Assembly (NCBI GenBank): GCA_951406725.2
Contig: OX597817.1
Span: forward strand, 128,402,001 to 128,466,000
DNA from: Octopus vulgaris
Taxonomy: Eukaryota
Reading direction: 5' to 3'
DNA length: 64,000 nt
Each line of letters begins with the position of its first letter. Positions within the stretch are counted from its first letter, which is position 1. The notes beneath the pieces were generated by a model that saw nothing but the letters and a program-made list of their open reading frames with translations, was not told where the DNA came from and did no database searches. Positions 38,753-51,669 of the stretch are shown here, one piece after another. The translations under genes were made by a program, and so were the position numbers.

Positions 38753-40007
38753 CGAGGGGCGTTCAATAAGTAATGCCCCTGACCCACTTGTAGTTGTTTG
38801 ATCATGTGCACTTATTTATAACTCTATAGATTAAGTGGCGAATTACAGCTCTGAACTAATTGTGGTTTCTGATTTACAGGTGTTTGAACTGAGTCAAGTG
38901 TGAAATGGAGCCTGTTGAGTGTCGAGCAGTGATCTGGTTTTTGTATTTGAAAGGACGCACACCACGGGAGACTTTTGATGAAATGAAAGTAACTTATAGT
39001 GATGATGCCCCATCATATGACCTTGTAAAACGCTGGCATTGTGAATTCAAACATAGTCGGAACTCTGTGGAAACAGCTCCCAGATCTGGTCGCCCCCTTC
39101 TGCCGTTGATGAGACGTCTGTCCGTCAAGTTTAGGCTGCCATTTTGGAAGGTCAACGCATAACTATTCGCCAAATAGCCAATAAGGTCAAGATTAGTACC
39201 AGGTCTGTGGAAACTATCATTCATGACCATTTGCATATGCAAAAGGTGTCTACCAGATGGATTCCCAGGTTGCTCACACCTTTCCAGAAGCAAGAACGCG
39301 TTGAGTGCTCGAGGATGAATTTGGAGATGTGCCAAGAAGATGAGACAATATTTTTCAAAAGACTGATCACACAGGATAAAACCTGGGTCCATCACTACGA
39401 TCCATAGACCAAAGCCCAGTCAATGCAGTGGAAGTACCGTGACTCACCTCCTCCAAAGAAGGTAAGGGTGCAGCCCTCCGCTGACAAGGTTATGCTCACA
39501 GTCTTCTGGGACCAGGACGGAGTAGTGATGACAGATTTCCTGGCAAAGGGTACCACAATTACAGGAGCCTATTATGCTTCACTTTTGAGGAAATTAAGAG
39601 AAGCTATCAAAATCAAGAGGCTGGGCAAGATCAGCAAAGGCATCCTCCTCCTGCAGGACAACGCTCCGGTCCACAACCCGCGTGTCGCCAGATCAGAAGC
39701 ACAGGCGTGCAGCTATGAACTCCTCCCCTTGCACCCTCTGATTTTCACCTCTTCCCAGCCATGAAGTTGATTTTGAAAGGAAAGCGTTTCCCAGATGATG
39801 CAGCCTAGATTTCTGAAGTCACGTCGTGGTTGGAGGACCAAGCTGGGGTCTTCTACAAAAACGGTCTCCAGAGCTGTATCAAACGATGGGAGAAATGCAT
39901 AACTCTGGGTAGTTCCTATGTAGGAAAAGACTAATAACTGTGCCAAGTGTCGTTACTCTACTGCTATGGAAAGTGGGTCAGGGGCATTACTTATTGAACG
40001 CCCCTCG
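38753..40007 (+). mobile_element. Mariner transposon copy 1 (1255 bp, defective)
   Basis: TIRs CGAGGGGCGTTCAATAAGTAATGCCCCTGACCCACTT at both ends, flanked by TA. Transposase motifs RSGRP, WIPRLL, ITQDKTWVHHYDP, VMLTVFWD and LLQDNAPVH. Confidence 0.95.
38905..39934 (+). pseudogene. Mariner transposase pseudogene
   Basis: Frameshift after RSGRP, TAG in place of Glu in YDP(E), and deletion of HPPYSPD before LAPSDFHLF. Confidence 0.9.
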
Positions 40008-40235
40008 TATTATATAGTATTGATATCTAAAGCCACATGTGTTTGCATGTGTGTATGTGAAATTTCGCGCGTAAACATGAGTGTATCAACACACACACAC
40101 ACACTAACACACAAACATTACACGCGCTTACACACACACACACACACACCTATATATTGAAACTCATACATGCATAAACGTATTTCATACAAAATTTATG
40201 CTTGTGCGCCTCTCACAACACTTGCACACTGACAT

Positions 40236-40309
<74 letters not shown>

Positions 40310-41133
40310 ACACACACACACACACATTTTCTCTCTCTCTTTCACACACACCGCGCGCTCAAACACATGTGTGTGTATGCATTAATGAGTTTCAATTTTT
40401 GAAAATATCTCGAAAGAATAAAAAAGTTAGGCTAGTCTCCAGCGGAACCCGAACAACCTATCACATGGCGACCCTTACAAGCGAGTTAATCAGTGCACAA
40501 TACCTCGTTGCACTCACAAGGGAAATAGTCTTAAATCTATTTACTTAAATGTTTCTGCATTATATACATACATTACATGGAACCTTTTTCTATTTACATA
40601 CGTACATGGCATAAAGATATTACGTTCATACGTACGAGTTTGACCTGATCGCTTATAGCATACATTTACTAATTGTTTTAAGTACCTATGCAGTTGGGAG
40701 CAGTGACAGACGGCCTTTCGACCCTCCCTTTCTTGTCGCCGTGAAAGTGTGTCAAAGGACGAGGTGACAGATGGATATGACAGCAGGGTGTGACAGATGG
40801 AATAAGGAGGGAGCTTCAACAACGCTAGCCTGATACCTGTTGACAGGTAAGTAGACTGGATCAACGTATAATGAAGTGCCTTGCTTAAGGACAAAACACG
40901 TTACGCAGTCCAGAAGCCAACCGGCGACTTTATGATAATAAGCTCAACAACTTTATCACCAGGCCACGCGCCGTCACATTTGTACATATGTAAGTAACTA
41001 CATACACATATATGGGTTACATATTTGTATACGTATAGATTATTATTACATATATACAAGCATGCACACACGTACATACATACAAACATAGGCATTCACG
41101 CAAACATACACACACATATATATATAGTATATA

Positions 41134-42354
41134 CAGGGTGCGTAAGATATTTGAGGATAGATTTACGTTTAGAAAAAGCAGATATATGATAACAGATAAC
41201 TTTATTTATCAAAAAAGAGGATAAAAATAAACCTTTTTACGTGTAATGTTATTCAATAAAGCTACCTTCAGCTTCAACAACTGCTTCTATATGAGATATA
41301 AATCATCTACATGCTCCTAATACATTTTGGACATTACTCTGGCTATGGCAGCTTTCAAAGAATCTTTGCTGTTATGGGCGTGTTCATTGACCTCTCTCTC
41401 AACAGCCTCCACATGTAATAGTCCAATGGATTGAGATCTGGGGAATTAGGAGGCCAAATGTTTGGGGCTATGTGATCATGAAAATTTTCAGCCATCCATT
41501 CCTGTGTTACTAGAGCTATGTGTGATAGTGCAGAGTCTTACTGAAACGCATATGGCCTTCCATTGCATGCAGTCTATCAAGAGTTTAACAATTATTTCCA
41601 GGACTTCAATATAGGTGGTAGAGATAACTCTAAGGCCTTGTGGAAAGTAGTAAGGCATCACATGTTCTTCATTGCTGACAACCCCTAAAACCATGACAGT
41701 TGCAGGAAATTGTGTATGCATAACACTTGAGACTTCAGAGGGGTCTCCACATAACCATCTGTCATTTCTTCTGTTAACATTTTGATCTTGGTCGAAGTTT
41801 TTCTCGTTTAAGAAAAACCAAATCAAATCTTCTGCTGGAATTTTCAGCTTCTTTAGGAGCCTTTTAGATCCAATGTAGTGATTTTCTTTTGCTTTTTCTG
41901 ACAAATTCACCTTTCCCTATCACATAAGACTTAGATCGGATGTCTTCGTGGACAACATTTCTAACACATGGAGATCTTTTACAGTTGACCTTATAGAGTT
42001 TCTGGGATTGTAATCAATGGTCTGTTGAACTTGCTGGATAAATTCAGGTGTTTTGATGATTTCAAAGCGTTTAGAATGTTTTTTATGCTTTGACACTGAT
42101 GGTACGTTTTAATCTTCAGTCTCTAGCTTCTTACAAACTTTATAGACGAAAGATCTAGCAACTTTTAAAAATCGAGATATTTCTAAATCGTTATGTTCAG
42201 CCTTTATAACCACAATAATAGCATGCCTCTTCATTGTTTGAGTAAGCAGAAAGTATGTCATTATTATTTTCTGAAACAAAGATTATACAGAGTTTGGCAA
42301 AATATGCAACAATGACCCCCAAATGGTATGTCCTCAAATACCTTACGCACCCTT

Positions 42355-42356
<2 letters not shown>
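41134..42356 (-). mobile_element. DD37D (maT) Tc1/mariner-superfamily transposon, decayed
   Basis: TIRs CAGGGTGCGTAAGATATTTGAGGA / TCCTCAAATACCTTACGCACCCTTTG with TA flanks. FFLNEKNFDQDQNVNRRNDRW and VMVLGVVS are present, and D-SALSHIALVTQEWMAENFHDHIAPNIWPPNSPDLNPL-D has exactly 37 residues between the 2nd and 3rd catalytic Asp. Confidence 0.88.
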
Positions 42357-42418
<62 letters not shown>

Positions 42419-42421
<3 letters not shown>

Positions 42422-44074
42422 TATTATAAAAGGCAGATTTTATCTGCCTCCCTTTGTAACTTATAGAAATCTACAATGTAGGATTTCTTCAATTACAATT
42501 TACCTAGCATTTTTAAGAGTAGAATGCATCGGGTCATGCCAGGTCCAGTTTTTAAAATTTAAACTCCAATTAAGCAAAATTTACAAAATTCACATTCTGG
42601 TGTGTATGTCAAATGCTTTTCTTAATGTGGTTTACACCACACGCACACGCACACACACAGTGTGCAACGAATAAAATGAAAGTAAATAGCGACAGAGTGA
42701 TTTGAGGAAGACTAAACTGAAAGTATTTAAACCACTACTCAAAAAATAAAAAAACACAGCAAACAGAAACAAATAAATACATAACGATTTACTCCTCACA
42801 CAATTTCTTCAATTAGAGTTTACCTAAGATTTTTCAAAGTACTCCATTCGGTCATGCCATAATATATTTCTTTCAATTTCACCCCCAATTAAGACAAAAT
42901 TCGAGAAAACTCAATATTTTAACATTTCACTCCGAAAGCATTGATGTACATGTGTGCGTGCGTGAGTGTGTGTGTGTGTGTGTGTTTGATGGGTTGTGCG
43001 ACACAGAAAGTGTGGTGTGTAAGTGAAGTGCTTTTGTTAGTGTGTGTAAAGAGACAGACAGAGTGAAAGACAGAAATAACTGAACATTTTTTATTCACTT
43101 TTTGTAGTGAGTGACTGAGAGAGAAAAGAGAGAGAGAGGTTATGTATGTATATATGTATGTATGGCTTCAGTGACACACACACACAAAAACACATACCTA
43201 CGTACACCTAAAGCACGCACACACACACACACACAAGCGGAGCGCGAACTTCAAAATTTTGGTAGTATTAATTTGCGAGCGTACTTCTAAGCGCGCGTAA
43301 TTGAAAGTTTTCACTATGATATCATCACGTGCGAAAAATTCGAAGGGTTTTGAACAATTGAGATACACATGTCACGCCTGTATTGAAACCATTGCTAAGC
43401 TGCCGTAATTGCTTAATTAAGACTTTGTTTAAATTGAAAGGGGCAAATATGTGACGAGGTTGAAAAAAATACCCCAGAAAAAAAAATGTACTGCTGGTAT
43501 TTATATAATTCACTACTATTTTGCTACAATGTCATGAAAAAGAAAAATTTAGGTATGTAAATCGAATTCGCCACCCCCTTTTCCCCGTTCGCGTTTGTGT
43601 AAAAAAAATTATTATTTAAGTTTTAAAAATTATTTACTTTGTTCAAAAAATATTAATATTAATTAATTTTCAAGAATTATTTAATTTTATTCTGTAAAAT
43701 AGTAATTAATTCATTTATCTGTAAATCCGCGAGGTTGTTACTCAGGCACCTAGAATGGTAACCTTCAACTAACACTATCTCCTCCGAGACCCTGCGGCGC
43801 AAGTTGACCAAAATTGAGAGTATGGTAGAAGAAGGGTTGCTCTTCCTTCCGTAGAACATAAAATTCAAATCGGACCATGTTAACACCAAAAATTATTTAC
43901 ATCAAAAAGATGCTTTTTTCTATGAAAATCCCTATATTTTACGATTTTTTCACTGCTGTGTCGCCACTTTTCGGTGTATTTCGACCAGAAAAATGTTCAC
44001 AAAATTTTTACTTTTCAAAATTACAATTCCAGCGGGTCGAAACAAACCCGAGCAACGCCGGGCGATACTGCTAG
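42419..44074 (+). mobile_element. Non-autonomous Helitron, unit 1
   Basis: 5' A|TCTTATTATAAAAGGCAG; 3' hairpin CCCGAGCAACGCCGGG, then CGATACTG-CTAG; no TSD. Confidence 0.85.
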
Positions 44075-44296
44075 TCTTATTATAAAAGGCAGATTTTATC
44101 TGCCTCCCTTTGTCTCTTATAGAAATCTACAATATAGGATTTCTTCAATCACAATTTACCTAGCATTTTTAAGAGTAGAATAAATCGGGTCGTGCCAGGT
44201 CCAGTTTTTAAAATTTCAACCCCAATTAAGCAAAATTTAGAGAAAACTCACATTGTGGTGTGTTAGTCAAGTGCTTTTCTTAGTGTGGGCTACAGC

Positions 44297-44327
<31 letters not shown>

Positions 44328-45187
44328 AAAACGGAGCGATCTGCTTCACTGATGCTATCACCCTAATTTCTCCTCCTGTCTCTTTGCAAGTGTGCAACGA
44401 TTAAAGTGAAACTATTTCTATAAAACGAGAGAAGTGTACCTTAAACCACTACTAAAAAAAAACACAGCAAACAGAAACAAATAAATACATAACGATTTAC
44501 TCCTCACACAATTTCTTCAATTAGACTTTACCTATGATTTTTCAAAGTACTTCCATTCGGTCATGCCATACAAAATTTCTTTCAATTTCACCCCCAATTA
44601 AGACAAAATTCGAGAAAACTCAATATTTTAACATTTCACTCCGAAAGCATTGATGTACATGTGTGCGTGCGTGAGTGTGTGTGTGTCATTCCTCACACAC
44701 ACGCATACACATACATATATGACAGTGACAAACACAAACGTTTCAAACAACTACATACAAACACGTGTGTGTTTGTTATTAGTAAAAAAGGCGCCAAACA
44801 CAACTCACTTCTCATCCCAACACATTTGCAAACACACACCGACGGTCGAATTGCTATAACATTACAGAAAAGGTAAATTGGTTTTTAATTTACTTTCTGT
44901 CGTTAAATTTTGGTAGTATTAATTGGCGAGCCGAGCTTCTTTCAGTATATATTTATACATACATAAATATATACACATATTCTGTATATATTTTATTATA
45001 TAATTTTATATATAGATATATGTATATATAATTGCAGTATGAAACAGTGTTTATGTATAAACAGACGACACTTTTAAAAGAAAAACCAAAAAATATTTTA
45101 TTCTTTATAAATGTTGTGTTCAAAATAACATTTTCTTTTAAGAATGTGTATATAACAAAGTATGTGTATATAACTACGTGGCTTATA
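44075..45187 (+). mobile_element. Helitron unit 2 (same 5' family as unit 1, lacking its own 3' end)
   Basis: Starts TCTTATTATAAAAGGCAG immediately after unit 1's CTAG. Its first ~600 bp are colinear with 42419-42985. Confidence 0.8.
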
Positions 45188-45481
45188 TCTTTATATATAA
45201 AAGTGAAGTTGTGTGTCTGTCTCCTACGATTTAGATTCGTAACTACTCCCACATTTTGCGGTGCAGTTTAACCAAAAGCGGGTATCTTATAGTCGTGATT
45301 CATATCGAGCCCTTCTGGGTATTAGCGCGCGTCTACGATGAGTCTACGATTAAAAAAAAATTTACCTTAATTTTTTTCCATTTTTAATGCATTTTTTTGC
45401 TATTTTTTGCTATAACTCTCTAAAAATGCTTATATAGTTATTTCCCTTACAAACCCGAGCAACGCCGGGCGATACTGCTAG
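45188..45481 (+). mobile_element. Short non-autonomous Helitron, unit 3 (different 5' and body, same 3' terminus)
   Basis: A|TCTTTATATATAAAAGTG...ACAAACCCGAGCAACGCCGGGCGATACTGCTAG|T. The last 33 nt are identical to unit 1. Confidence 0.82.
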
Positions 45482-45495
45482 TATATATATATATA

Positions 45496-46756
45496 CGAGG
45501 GGCGTTCAATAAGTAATGCCCCTGACCCACTTCCCATAGCAGTAGAGTAACGACACTTGGCACAGTTATTAGTCTTTTCCTACATAGGAACTACCCAGAG
45601 TTATGCATTTCTCCCATCGTTTGATACAGCTCTGGAGACCGTTTTTGTAGAAGACCCCAGCTTGTCCTCCAACCACGACGTGACTTCAGAAATCTAGGCT
45701 GCATCATCTGGGAAACGCTTTCCTATCAAAATCAACTTCATGGCTGGGAAGAGGTGAAAATCAGAGGGTGCAAGGGGAGGAGTTCATAGCTGCACGCCTG
45801 TGCTTCTGATCTGGCGACACGCGGGTTGTGGACCGGAGCGTTGTCCTGCAGGAGGAGGATGCCTTTGCTGATCTTGCCCAGCCTCTTGATTTTGATAGCT
45901 TCTCTTAATTTCCTCAAAAGTGAAGCATAATAGGCTCCTGTAATTGTGGTACCCTTTGCCAGGAAATCTGTCATCACTACTCCGTCCTGGTCCCAGAAGA
46001 CTGTGAGCATAACCTTGTCAGCGGAGGGCTGCACCCTTGCCTTCTTTGGAGGAGGTGAGTCACGGTACTTCCACTGCATTGACTGGGCTTTGGTCTATGG
46101 ATCGTAGTGATGGACCCAGGTTTTATCCTGTGTGATCAGTCTTTTGAAAAATTTTGTCTCATCTTCTTGGCACATCTCCAAATTCATCCTCGAGCACTCA
46201 ACGCGTTCTTGCTTCTGGAAAGGTGTGAGCAACCTGGAAATCCATCTGGTAGACACCTTTTGCATATGCAAATGGTCATGAATGATAGTTTCCACAGACC
46301 CGGTACTAATCTTGACCTTATGGTCTATTTGGCGAATAGTTATGCGTTGACCTTCCAAAATGGCAGCCTCAACTTGACGGACAGACGTCTCATCAACGGC
46401 AGAAGGGGGCGACCAGATCTGGGAGCTGTTTCCACAGAGTTCCGACTATGTTTGAATTCACAATGCCAGCGTTTTACAAGGTCATATGATGGGGCAACAT
46501 CACCATAAGTTACTTTCATTTCATCAAAAGTCTCCCGTGGTGTGCGTCCTTTCAAATACAAAAACCAGATCACTGCTTGACACTCAACAGGCTCCATTTC
46601 ACACTTGACTCAGTTCAAACACCTGTAAATCAGAAACCACAATCAGCTGTAATTCGCCACTTAATCTATAGAGGTATAAATAAGTGCACATGCAGAATTT
46701 CAGCTAGATCAAACAACTGCAAGTGGGTCAGAGGCATTACTTATTGAACGCCCCTC

Positions 46757-46757
<1 letters not shown>
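45496..46757 (-). mobile_element. Mariner transposon copy 2 (1262 bp, defective), inverted relative to copy 1
   Basis: Same TIRs, inserted in (TA)n. ORF pieces are near-identical to copy 1 and carry the same three lesions. Confidence 0.95.
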
Positions 46758-46792
<35 letters not shown>

Positions 46793-47313
46793 GCACGAAA
46801 ATCATGCATATATTGCAAGAATATCTATACTATATACAGAGTTGAAACTACTAGTTTTAAAACTACACAAGATACATTGTACAAAAACACATATGTATGA
46901 TATAATGCGATTGATAAGAATTTTTATAAACACAATACAAATAAATTGTAAACTATAAAGCTCTAAAAGAAATGGCTGATGCCAAATGCATACATACATG
47001 TTTCGATTCATGCCACTAGGCGATTAGTAATTATAAGCATTTAAGTAGGATCATATGCTAAGAATTGGTCATAATTTTCAACTATATGGGACTGAATCCC
47101 ATCAGGGCTTTATGAGCTTGTAGTACCAAGGTTAACATATTTCTTTAAAGGATGCAGACGAATTACTGATAAGTTTAATAAGTTTGATCGCATATATCAT
47201 GCGTATGTATTTAGCTAAATTTATTTATATTGTATTTATTAAAAAAACTTTCAACCTCATTATATCATACACATAAATTATTGATACATCCATAATTCTC
47301 CATATAGCTATAT

Positions 47314-47344
<31 letters not shown>

Positions 47345-47361
47345 CATATATAAATATATAT

Positions 47362-47437
<76 letters not shown>

Positions 47438-47593
47438 GTATGTATATATAAATATATATATACATATATATATACATATATAAGTTCAGCAAAAATTTAG
47501 ATTCAAATGAATATGGTACTTAGTTTAGATGCACCAGAATTTTGTATGGTGTTATCCATAAAAATTTGTGGGGTGATTATAATCAAAATAAGC

Positions 47594-47700
<107 letters not shown>

Positions 47701-49867
47701 TTATATATACATATGTATGTATATATAAATATTTATATATTGTGGGGTTACAAGTCTAGAATGTTCTATCTGCGTCGCGTAAAGGTGAACTACTGTTGGT
47801 TTTCACAGGAAGCAGTTCAACGATTCATGGTCTAATGATTATCATGTGTATAATGTATCATATGATCAGGAAATTAATTCCCTCCGCATCATTATTACTA
47901 TATATTTCTGTGTATAATTTAAGCAAACATAATGTTATGGATGTCCAAGCTGATTATCAAAAATGCATTGATGATCTGTAACATAATTATGGGATACAAA
48001 ATACATTATACCCAATTCCTTACACAAGCCAGACGTTGTCTGTATATTTCATTATATTACCACGTCTTTAAGTGGTTATAACTTACCAGTGCACAACTCT
48101 TCAGAATCTACATTTCGAAGTTGTAAAAAACAGGTGTGAATCATTTTAACGAATGATCGTTTCAATATATTTAACTTTAAATTACATTAAGTTACCTGAT
48201 TAGAAATAAATATTCAGCACTAAAATACAATACTGTGATGAAACAATACTGTGATGAACGCCACATAGTCAAAGATAGAGGGATCATGGTCGCCCGTTGG
48301 GGTGAGAGGAACAGTTAGAGTAAATGATATCCTGCACAGTAACTTTCTCTCACACGCGACCATCTTCAGTTCATGGGGATGACCAGATCAAGACAACTGG
48401 GGATGGAGATATGCATTTTAATTCCTGTACCCCACAATGTGTCGCTGCAACCACCTTGCCATTTGTTGAACCATGACAGTCTTTTCTTCCTGTAAATTCC
48501 ACTGGATCCAGTCTTAACATACACAAGTAGGCAAATTCTACTACTCCTAGTTAGAATACACCGGAGAGCAATAGTGACTAAGAGGTAATTCTACACTCCT
48601 CAAAACTCTAAAACTCCCAAGCCAGGGTTTCATTACCGGATGTACGAGTTAAATGATGGATACAAGTTACCCATGAGGAATGAGATAAAAAGTGACTGTA
48701 AAAATTATACAAGCGCTTCCGAGTTATATTACTAGGATCTGTGTTTTGATGCATATACTGAGTAATTATAGGTATTGTTCACAGTTCTTCATTTCAGGTT
48801 TTGCAATTGATACAGTTCTTTCAATTGTGACTTGCTTCAGGGCCCCTTACACGTCACATCTAATTAATAGTCAACTCTTCAAACTTAGCCAAAAAATCTG
48901 GTCAAAAACGTATTCGTTTCAACACTTTTTTCTTTAAATTCATTAGTGTTTCACTCTTTTTGTAAATCACGGTATGTTTCACGCGTTTTATTTTTAATTG
49001 TTTAACTTATGTGTTTTAGTTTTCATTTTACATGTTAATGCTTTCGGTTTATATATTCAGGGTACAACATGCTTGCACATCACCAAATAGAATCAAACAA
49101 TACATTTTAACGCTGTTTGACCTCATCAGAAAGAGCGGTTCTGCTTTAAGATGTCGAAAACATAAGAATATTCAGTTGGCAGCTGATGGGTGGAATTTTG
49201 TTCTTATATAAAATGTATATCACCCCATCGTTAATGTATTGATCCTTGCAATTGTCTTATTTGAATTAGAAATTACTCATTCTATTTATTTTTCTTGTTC
49301 ATAGGTACAGTACAGGTATAGTATAATTAGATGTTTTTCTAAGCAGTTATAGTACATAAAAAGATAGAAAGAGAGATAGATAGATGATAGATAGATAGAT
49401 AGATGCATACATACATGCATACATGCATACATACATACATACATACATACATACATACATACATACATACATACATACATACATACATACATACATACAA
49501 GTTTTCGTTCACGAACGAAGCGTTGGTCAACCCTAAGATACACGAGAAAATACTTGCACTAGGTGGCAGGCAGTAGGACCGAACCAGAAACCGTGTAGCC
49601 GCGAAGCGAATGCATTAAACTACATAGACATGCACATATATACATGTATATATGTATATGTATGTGTGAGTGTGCGTGAGTGAGTGTGTGTATGTGTGTG
49701 TTTGAGTGTGTATATACACACAAGCACCTTTCCTACATACACACACGACAGACGTTTTTATGCGTTTGAACCCGAATGTTTATTGTGTAGATAATATGTG
49801 TACTTGTGTATCTATATATTTGTTTAAATTTCTGGCATTGAACCCTTTATGTTTCTGAGTGAATTCG

Positions 49868-49951
<84 letters not shown>

Positions 49952-50484
49952 GCGTAAATATAAACAAACAAACAACTCAGTAGAAACACCTCAAGAGATT
50001 CTTTCCTTTTTCAAGCTTGTTTGTTTACAATAAAAATGCTGACTTGTAGTCACTTTCAACCGGTTTATAATAATAATAATAATAATGAAAATAATATTCT
50101 TCCGTGGAGTTAAAAGGAAACAAAAAGACATGGACGATTTATGTGTGAGAGTTTCTGAAGCGGTATGTTTTGTTGGCTTATTTGTTCCATCTATTCACCA
50201 TTTGTTCAACTCACAATTCTTAATAGCTTCTAAGGAGAGCTTTCATCTATTCGCATTCAATGAAAGAACGAGAAAGCCTGACAGAAAGAAAGAAATAGCA
50301 AAATTGAACTAAAGAGACAAAGACAGTTAGCCATTTTCTTTTTCTTACATGTCTGTTTGTGTGGAGACCCTGTAAGTTGGCACAAGACCACAAAATTCAA
50401 AAGCTTATTATTTGTTTCATCGATAACAATTAAGTTATAAGGTAGTGCTCCAGCAGGGTTTCACTATAGTGACTGAAACAAGTA

Positions 50485-50884
50485 AAATAAACTTAAAGAT
50501 TAGAAAACTAAAGTGCAATTCGAGTGAGATGTGAAAGCAGAAGGTTGAGAGAAAGAGTAATAAAGAAATAATAATCTTTAGCTCGCCGGGCGAAATTCTT
50601 GGCGGCATTTCTTGTCTTCACATTTCCGAGTTCAAATTCCGCTGAGGTCGACTTTAATTTTCATTCTTTCGGGGTTGGGGTCGATGTTATCGGCTTACCC
50701 ACCTATTCTAAAATTGCTGGCCTTGTGCCAAAATTTGAAGTCAATATTATTAGTAGAAGAACAGAAACAATGAGCATAATGAACTGAATGTTTTGCTGTA
50801 CTACTGACCAGCTCTTTCTCTCAACCTTCTGCTTTCACATCTCACTCGAATTGCACTTTAGTTTTCTAATCTTTAAGTTTATTT
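50485..50884. repeat. Perfect 73-bp inverted repeat (50485-50557 / 50812-50884) around a family A SINE fragment
   Basis: AAATAAACTTAAAGATTAG...GTTGAGAGAAAGAG and its exact reverse complement. Confidence 0.9.
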
Positions 50885-50885
50885 G

Positions 50886-51060
50886 ACTACTATGCAGATT
50901 TCAGCTAAATATTGGACATCAAATAATGTTGTAAAGTATTTTAAACCAGCAGAAATTACGCAAGTGGACAAAATTAATGTTTAAGAAACTTATCCTACAT
51001 TTCAGCGTGAATACTTTTTTCTGGGGGTGAGCTGCATATTCAAGAATGTTTTCGATAATA
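50886..51060 (+). pseudogene. Decayed Helitron helicase fragment
   Basis: LLCRFQLNIGHQIML*SILNQQKLRKWTKLMFKKLILH resembles LxLKIGxPIMLLRNLNPPKLCNGTRLxVKKL. About 95 bp are duplicated at 52447-52540. Confidence 0.55.
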
Positions 51061-51205
51061 GACAATTTACGTAGGATGCACAAAAATTGAAAGCACACGT
51101 AATCTATTTATTTAAGCCTCTGTTAATAAAAACTAAAACATTTCAAATGTTAGATGTGCTGAAACGACACTGTATGCAGGTACATACATGCATACAAACA
51201 CACAC

Positions 51206-51263
<58 letters not shown>

Positions 51264-51301
51264 GTGTGTGTGTGTGTGTGTGACAATTATTCGGTAGCCA
51301 T

Positions 51302-51362
51302 GATAAAACGCCGAGTTTCGGATGCCGAGGTGGAAATCCACGCCGCCATCTCTTCAGTTATC
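51302..51362 (-). ncRNA. Type I hammerhead ribozyme-like motif
   Basis: The minus strand reads GATAA-CTGAAGA-GATGGCGGCGTGGATTTCCACCTCGGCATCC-GAAA-CTCGGCGTT-TTATC. Stem I is GATAA/TTATC, stem II is GATG..GTGG/CCAC..CATC with a 1-nt bulge, and the triplet is GUU. Confidence 0.55.
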
Positions 51363-51513
51363 CGGCCACCGGAAAAATGCTATGAAAAATGACCGTTATA
51401 CAAAGGGAAATAACTGTGTACAAAAGAGCTATTTGAATGACCGCTAAGTGAGGGAAGGGAGTAAAAGTAAGTTCATAGTATTCGCGTAAGCGTGTATGTT
51501 CATACCTACACAT

Positions 51514-51669
51514 GCGCGCCCGCACACCCACGTGCGTGCGCCTAAAGGTATACAGTCATCCACCTTCACTTGAAAACGTACACATCCTCACTCGCACCAT
51601 TCGCCAAATGTAAGTAAGGGTGGATGAATGTATACCTTTAGGCGCATGCACGTGGTTGCGCGGGCGCGC
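51514..51669. repeat. GC-rich imperfect inverted repeat, ~57-bp arms, 40-nt loop
   Basis: GCGCGCCCGCACACCCACGTGCGTGCGCCTAAAGGTATACAGTCATCCACCTTCACTT versus AAGTAAGGGTGGATGAATGTATACCTTTAGGCGCATGCACGTGGTTGCGCGGGCGCGC. Confidence 0.85.

Noticed and set aside
38994-39395. 133-aa antisense ORF conserved in both mariner copies
   Set aside because: It is a shadow frame of the transposase; the conservation reflects ~98% copy identity.
48270-48380. Minus-strand CTGAAGA followed by a long TGGTCGC...GCGACCA hairpin
   Set aside because: The GAAA half of the core is absent (TGATCC instead), so it cannot be called a ribozyme.
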